Assembly: GCF_009914755.1 (NCBI RefSeq) | Contig: NC_060926.1 | Strand: one strand, 5' to 3' | DNA length: 64,000 bases | DNA from: the human T2T-CHM13v2.0 reference genome, Homo sapiens | Shown: one piece after another, positions 58,570-64,000 of the stretch | How positions within the stretch are numbered: the first letter of the stretch is position 1 | Layout: each line of letters begins with the position of its first letter | Program-made: the position numbers and the translations under genes | The notes under the pieces: model-generated | The model's input: only the letters and a program-made list of their open reading frames with translations | Told to the model about the DNA's origin: nothing | The model's database searches: none

Positions 58570-59550
58570 GCTCTCTTTCTTTAACCAATGAGACATGCAT
58601 ACCATAAATAATATTTCTTTCAACAAGCATATCATTTCTCTTCAACATTCCTCTTCAGCTTTCATCTCAGCTCCTAACACGTAAATAGACCAACTCTACA
58701 GTTTTTTAAATATTCAATTCATAAAAGAGATGGAAAGTAGAAAACGGTAAAAGGAAGGTTTCCCAATTTTCATTCCTTTTTGTCACTCTCTACCACCTAC
58801 CCTGCTTTGTTTTTCTTTTTCTTCAGAGATTTTACCACCATATCACATGTTATATCTATTTGTTTCATTAACATGAATTTCTACGACACTCAACCAGCAG
58901 AATTTAATCTTCATGAAAGCAAGACCTTTGTATGCTTTTGTCTTTGCTTGTTTGTTTGGTTTTAGTTATTGTTGTATCGTTGTTTTATTTGCATTTTGTT
59001 TTTGGTTTTCTATAACCTCAGTGTGTAGCCTGGTGCTTGGCACAGAAGAACATCATAAGGATTTGTTGTTTCAGTGAATTATTTAAAGCCATTTTAAATA
59101 GATTTAAAATTGTAAGTATCTCCATGTGGAGATACATTATCAAAGAAGACCTGTGAAATTCCCAGCGTTGTTAGTTAAAATAAGCATACATTCCGCAAAC
59201 ATATTTGTAGTATTCAACCAATCAATTATAGAAATTTTCTTAGTTCTGCCATCTTCAATTAAAGGAACCATTGATATGAACTTTTTGGAAGTTCATATAT
59301 CGCTGTATTTTTGTGAGCTTTTACAAATATCTCTTTTGTTCTATATTAGAATTTAATAGATCCCTTAAAAGTCAGGTGTACCACTCCAAAATCATACCAC
59401 AGCATTGCGGGATCCAGAATTATGTAAGCTGAATTCCAGGTAGATGTTGTACTTGTTACTGGTAATAGCATTTATAAAATTTGAATTCCTGTCAAGTTAT
59501 AGTTTTACTGTGGTGGGAGTCAATAAACAAAAATTGTTTTTCTTTATCAG

Positions 59551-59689
59551 GATGCTGCCAATAATGGGCCCAGCAAAGGTGTGTCAGCTCAGTGCCTGTT
59601 TGACTTGCTGCAGTCCCTAGAGGGAGAGACCACCGACATATTAGACATCTTAGAGCTGGTCAAAGCTGAGAAGCCTCTCAAGTCATTAG
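59551..59689 (+). CDS. UNC80: UNC80 exon (DAANNGPSK...KPLKSL), 139 nt, phase 0->1
   Basis: tctttatcag|GAT acceptor; TAG|gtaaaa donor. Confidence 0.94.
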
Positions 59690-60346
59690 GTAAAAGCAAA
59701 ACTTGCTTTGACATTCTTTTTCTCACTGCAGTTGTTAAATATAAATATATGTATTATACACACATACACGTATATTTATATGTGTGTGTATATATAACTA
59801 AATCAAAGTAGCAAAAATAAATGGAACAGTAGTAGAAATTGAATGAGTACATTTTTTTTCTTAAATTTCTTATGAATCCTAAAGAGTAAGGAATTCTCTG
59901 CCATGAAAACTATATTAAAATGATGCTCAGTAGACCACTGCTGTAGCACTGCAGTTTTCAGAAAGTTGGGTTATCTTGGGTAATTCTAAGTGAATAACTC
60001 TCCAAAATGGTCTTTTATTATCATGGAATGTGTAGAACTAGAGATAACTCCAGGGTAAAGCCTCAACCTTAGGCAATTTAAATGCCCTTCAGTGTCTTCT
60101 ATTATCTGAGATTTTTTTAAACACTCCAGAAAAGTATTTTTATTTTACATCTGATTGTTCAAAACTAGAAAACAGAATTTCGTTCCCTTGAGATGAAGAA
60201 ATTAATAGTTTTCACAGCGTAGGAATAAAATTTAACAAGAAAAGGCTACAGTATATACTGGAATGATAACATTAGGAGTAATAGGTGCTTCTTTATCTCC
60301 TGCAAAATCCACTCTGATAGTTTGCCTTTACTTTTTGTTCCTTCAG

Positions 60347-60443
60347 ATTTCTGCTATGGAAACGAAGATCTGACATTTTCTATCAGTGAAGCCATTAAGC
60401 TCTGTGTCACTGTGGTGGCGTATGCTCCCGAATCATTCAGAAG
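60347..60443 (+). CDS. UNC80: UNC80 exon (DFCYGNEDL...APESFR), 97 nt, phase 1->2
   Basis: ttccttcag|AT acceptor; AAG|gtatct donor. Confidence 0.93.
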
Positions 60444-60578
60444 GTATCTGCAGCCCTTTATTCTGTGCCTTGTGATAAGTAAATATGGCAGAGAAAATAA
60501 AATTGAATGAATACAAAGGTTATGCTGATTAATATCAGACTAACATTCTGACAAGTAAGCTTTTAGAAACTAAATTTA

Positions 60579-60912
60579 GGCCAGGTGTGGTGGCTCACAC
60601 CTATAATCCCAGCACTTTGGAAGGCTGAGGCAAGAGGATTCCTTTAGCCCAGGAGTTTGAGACCAACCTGGGCAACATAGTGAGACCCTGTCTCTACAAA
60701 AATTTTAAAAAATTAAAAATTAGCCAGGTGTGGTGTTGCACACCTGTAGTCCCAACTTTTTGGGAGGCTTGAGGCAGGAGGATTGCTTAATCCCAGGCGG
60801 TCAAGGCTGCAGTGAGCTGTGATTGTCCCATTGCACTCTGGCCTAGGCAACAGAGTAAGACTTTGTCAGAAAAAAAAAAAAAGAAAGAAAGAAAAAAGAA
60901 AAGGAAAGAAGA
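60579..60912 (+). mobile_element. AluJ
   Basis: J-type dimer, A/G-rich tail, TSD-like aaactaaatttagg/aaacaaagtttagg. Confidence 0.9.
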
Positions 60913-62219
60913 AACAAAGTTTAGGAAACATAGCATAGGTTCTGGAAAACAATAGTAAATCTTCATTCATTTGAAATCCCTTAATTTGAATTTTGTGCAG
61001 ATGCTAAGGTATTTAGTCTTGTTAGAAAATATTTTTCCTCACAAGTAATGTGAATTAGTAGCAAACAAAATTTCATAACAGATATTTATTTAAGAAAACT
61101 CCTTTCAAGGGGCAATAAGAATTTCTGTAACACAAAGGGCAAGAATATCAATCTTGCCTTCATTTTGCCAAGTACAGAGAATTCAAAGACTCACATGAAG
61201 AATGAGTCATCCCAATTCAAAGATGTTGGCTCTGGTCTGAGATTTAAATCTGATCTATTAAAAGTTGTACTCTGTTGACAAGCTCTTCCAGGAAGAAGGA
61301 AGGAGCCAAGCTGATTATGCCCAATATATCTTTATATATTTGCCCTGCACCTTAAGCCTGTTTCTCTCTCCCATAAGAGAATGAATAAGGGCCAGGAGGA
61401 GCGGGATTTATATTAATTGAACTCTTTTTACTGGAGGGACACATGAGGAATGAGTAAGAAGTGTTTTCCCCAATATTCTCGAATTTTTGTCTTCTGGAGC
61501 AATGGGGAGAAAAACAGTATGCCTGTGGTCAGGCACGGATGTGGCTGTGGCCTTCAGGAGAACAAAGCTGCAGGATGGTCTCATTTCTGATCTCAGGGTA
61601 TGGAGGGGATTTCCTACTCCCATTTTCTTGCTGTTCCTATAATACCACTGATCTACAAAAAGTTCCAGAATGGATCAAATCCTGCATTAAGTTAACTCCA
61701 AATCCATTCTATACGTGATTGTAAACATCTTCTCTCTACTCTATTTGCCATTCCAAGTGTGTTCAGCTACGTTGTTAACCAGATATGTCAGATATTCTGC
61801 AATTGAGACACTGCAATAATAAAATGCATACAGATTCTCCAATATTCCTGCAACATAGAGAACACCTAAGTTTGACTAAAAAGTTCTCCCATTTCAAATT
61901 TTACCAAATTTCCATTGAGTCATAAAATTCTCTTTCAAGTCAAAATTCAAACACATTGAAATCAAAAGGTGTTAGAGTTCACAATCAAATTCCCTTGTCA
62001 TTGTGAGTTAAAAGCCAAAGTCTAATATTGTTAAGTTAAATTAGAATTTTTTTTAATCCTCCTAATTTTCCATTCTGTCAGTTTAAACCAGATGACATCT
62101 TGATGTCTCAGTAAGGTCAGGGTTTCTTAAGTAGTGGTTCCCTGGGATATCTCTCATGGGAATAAGTAACATACCTATAGGACTTCAACATTTGTAACAG
62201 CAAGTCTCTGTTGTACTTA

Positions 62220-63960
62220 ATTTTTTTTAAAAGTATTTTATTTAAGTGTAACATTCACATAAAACACTAAAAAAATCATAATTTTACAGTTCCATGAATG
62301 TTCATAATGTTATCACATCTACATAACTACCACTCAGATTGAAAAATCAGATAGAGGCACTACTATCCTGATTTCTAATATGATAAATCAGTTTTGCCTA
62401 TTTCTGAAATCTGTTTAACTGAAATAGTATAGTAGCTACTTTTTAATGTCTGACTTCTGTCATTCAGTATTATTTCATGAGATTCATTCATATAAATGTG
62501 TGTAACAGTAGTTGATTCTTTTTCATTCACTTATAATAGTCATAATAATTGTATGACTATGTTACAATTTATTTATTTCTTCTCTTGTTATCAGGCATTT
62601 GTGTTGTATCTAGTTTGAAGGTATTATAAATAAAGCTGCAATGAATGTTTTTGTATATGTCTTTGTACACAAATATTTATGCATTTCTATGGATGGAACT
62701 GCTGGGCTAAGTCATGGACTATGAGTATTTCTTGCTTTAGTAGATACTACCAAAAAGTTTTCCAAGGTGGTTTCAATTTTCATTCCCACCAACAGTATGT
62801 AAATGTTCTAGTACCCTATGGCCTCATCAACACTTGTTATCTTCGGTCTTTTTATTTTAGCTATTTTGTTGGGTTGTAGTGACATCCATTATCATTTTAA
62901 TTTCCATTTTCCTCTTTCAAATTAAAAGGTTTGGAAGCTTTTCAGATAAATGTTTATCAAAATTTGGACATCTCCTTTTGCAAAGTGCCTACTGAAGTCT
63001 TCTGCCCATTTTTAAATGAAGTTATCAGTATTTTTTATTTTATATGTGTGATTTCTTAGTGTTTTCTATTTAATTAATTATGTCATCTGCAAATCATGAG
63101 AGTTGTATTTTATCCTTTCAAATTCTTGTACACATTATTCCTTTCTCTGTCCTTAATGCACTGGCTAGAACCTTAATACAAAATGGAATAGAAGTGATGA
63201 TGGTGATGATGGTGGGATCTTTGTTTCATTTCTGATCCCGGGGTATGGAGGGGATTTCCAATATTTCATCACTAAGAATAGTATTTGCTAAAGGATTTTG
63301 TTGTAATATACCTGTAAAGATTAAGGAAGTAATTTTATTACTCATTAAGAAATTAATTATTAAGGAGTCTGCCTTCTATTCTTAGTTTAGTTTGAGTTTT
63401 CTTATTGATGGATAATGAATATTACCAAATGTTCCTCTCTATTTATAGAGATGATTATATGATTTTTATTCTTTATTTTCTAAGTGTGATAGGTTACACT
63501 GATTTATTTTCAAAATTAAAACTTTCCTGTCTCCTTAAAAATAAACTGTAACTGGGTTGTATAATTATCATTTTTCAGTATTGCTAGATTTGGTTTGCAA
63601 TTATTTTAGCATTTTTACAACTATGTTAATGAGAGCTATGTCTGTAATTTTTATTCTTTAAAAAGGTCTTATCTAATGAATTTTATTGCTAGGATCACAG
63701 GGAAGTTAGGAGTAGAAGAGATATTCTAGGTAGCTCTATGTCATTCAAGATAAACCAATTCTGGATACTTAAAAAAGTTACAAGTGCTTAAACAAAAAGG
63801 ATGTCTTGCTTAGCTACTACTTTATTAACTACCCACTGGTAAACGTTTTAGCAGGTGTATTTGTAACCCTCCATTATTATAAAGTCCTTGTCAGGCTATA
63901 GTATCAAGGATATGAAGATTAAGCTGGACTCATAAGATGAAATGGAAAGTGTCTCTCCTA
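62220..63960 (-). mobile_element. Ancient L1M (ME/MD-like) fragments
   Basis: cattcccaccaacagtatg, tgtcatctgcaaat and gcactggctagaacc motifs. Confidence 0.65.
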
Positions 63961-64000
63961 CCCACCCCCCGCTTTTTAATTTTCTTTTATTTTTGAGACA

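Overview
This is human (primate) genomic DNA from the middle of UNC80, the large HEAT-repeat auxiliary subunit of the NALCN sodium-leak channel complex, on the + strand. I assembled 22 internal GT-AG coding exons (2246-60443; 3176 nt, about 1058 codons) into one open, phase-consistent reading frame, from DLESCRLRLDPELDRH to VAYAPESFR. Neither the start nor the stop codon is in the window. The introns contain Alu, L1, L2/MIR, MaLR/ERV LTRs, a full-length Tigger1, MER elements and microsatellites. I found no independent new gene or prokaryote-type system. The most unusual observations are: (1) an apparent L1 3' transduction of about 680 bp of foreign DNA that split an Alu (2931-4038); (2) a non-Alu ~135-bp fold-back inverted repeat with template-switch scars (24446-24791); (3) short templated copies of nearby sequence, including a 25-nt copy of a UNC80 exon lodged in a microsatellite; and (4) candidate alternative splicing, namely a 33-nt poison microexon, an in-frame 43-aa alternative donor, NAGNAG acceptors and a G-run-flanked 68-aa cassette exon. 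Gene identity and repeat subfamilies come from recall of consensus sequences, not from database searches, and repeat boundaries are approximate unless TSDs are given.
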